Source: Fistulifera solaris (Eukaryota). Taken from it: a DNA stretch of 64,000 nt. The stretch lies in the NCBI GenBank assembly GCA_030295235.1, contig AP026125.1, positions 1-64,000 on the forward strand, written 5' to 3'. The notes beneath the pieces were generated by a model that worked only from the letters and a program-made list of their open reading frames with translations, did not search any database and was not told the DNA's origin. Below, piece after piece: positions 63,194 through 64,000 of the stretch (positions are counted from its first letter, which is position 1; each line of letters starts with the position of its first letter). Made by a program: the position numbers and the translations under genes.

Positions 63194-64000
63194 ATGTCAA
63201 ACGCCGTATCCTACCCAGCTCACCAAGTTTCGAGTATGCATGGTTTCATGAAGAGCAAAGGTGCAGTTGAATCCTCCGCATTTCCCGGGACCATGAATTT
63301 CGTCGTTCCTTCCTCTCGTGTTGCGAGCAAGTTTGTTCATTGGCATGATGTGACGAATATTCAAAACGATGCAATGTGTATTGATGATAGAAAGTCGGTT
63401 CGAATCTCTCCCAATCGCCTCTCTTTGAGGAAAGCCTTGCGGTCTTCACGTCCAGTGGATGCTGCGGGAAAATTGCCTCCACGACCCCCTTCCCGATCAA
63501 CGGACGACAAGTGCCTTACTTTCATCCCCAAACGTATTCGTTTTGTCGACGACGATGACTCGGATGAAGGCTGCAGCCCGCGTAAGGTGGACACTGAGCA
63601 TGCCAGAAGTGCCCGCAAGACATCTCTGTTGCGTGAAATGAAAGATTTGGAAGGGAAGATACAAGAAGCCGTCGGTAACGAGCTCAAATACCTTCAAAGT
63701 CTCTGTGAAACGCTCCAGACACGAATGCGTTGCGAAGAAAAGCTGCAGAAAGCCGTACTGCGGAGACCACGGGCGGTTGATAAAGACGCCAGTGCTACGC
63801 TGGAAAGCTACATTTCCCATGCCACAGACAAAGTCACCAAAGCCACGCAAGTCGAACTAGGTTACAAACGCAAAATCAAAAGATTACATGACAAGCGTTA
63901 TCGCTGGAGCATGATGCATGAGCATGCTGGTCGCGAGCTTCGAGAGCTCGACCCGACGTTCGTCACTCCGTCACTGCCTCCTTTGTTTGCTCTTTCCTTC
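63194..64000 (+). CDS. Hypothetical coiled-coil protein, paralogue 2 (runs off the window; absent from the ORF track)
   Basis: Open frame from ATG 63194; ELKYLQSL, RRPRAVD, YKRKIKRLHDKRYRWS, AGRELRELDP and PSLPPL are shared with paralogue 1. Confidence 0.78.
   Translation, partial: MSNAVSYPAHQVSSMHGFMKSKGAVESSAFPGTMNFVVPSSRVASKFVHWHDVTNIQNDAMCIDDRKSVRISPNRLSLRKALRSSRPVDAAGKLPPRPPSRSTDDKCLTFIPKRIRFVDDDDSDEGCSPRKVDTEHARSARKTSLLREMKDLEGKIQEAVGNELKYLQSLCETLQTRMRCEEKLQKAVLRRPRAVDKDASATLESYISHATDKVTKATQVELGYKRKIKRLHDKRYRWSMMHEHAGRELRELDPTFVTPSLPPLFALSF

Overview
Left end of a eukaryotic chromosome. It is very probably a diatom, judged from CoDi-type Copia proteins, a bipartite plastid-targeting ClpP, and compact genes with short GT-AG introns; the species cannot be fixed from sequence alone. 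Bases 1-474 are (CCCTAA)n telomere joined directly to the middle of a Copia reverse-transcriptase gene. Bases 475-12965 are a nested LTR-retrotransposon pile: truncated Copia A, a ~100-bp RusA-like resolvase remnant, and internally deleted Copia B. Copia B has a half-tRNA(Asn)-type primer site and itself contains a solo LTR and a full-length Ty3/Gypsy element. From 13 kb on the window is gene-dense: ClpP, W2-domain protein, HPPD-like, RING E3, PP1, BCAT-like, GH10, Leo1, PIMT-like, LRR, patatin TAG lipase, FtsH/YME1, two FKBP12, TRAPPC2, exportin-4-like, V-ATPase F and a large unknown. Three local paralogue families are also present, most notably five co-oriented ~170-aa orphan genes sharing a VPPxFYGIY motif. 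Many conserved genes carry single-base frameshifts, most likely unpolished long-read errors, so CDS coordinates are gene spans.
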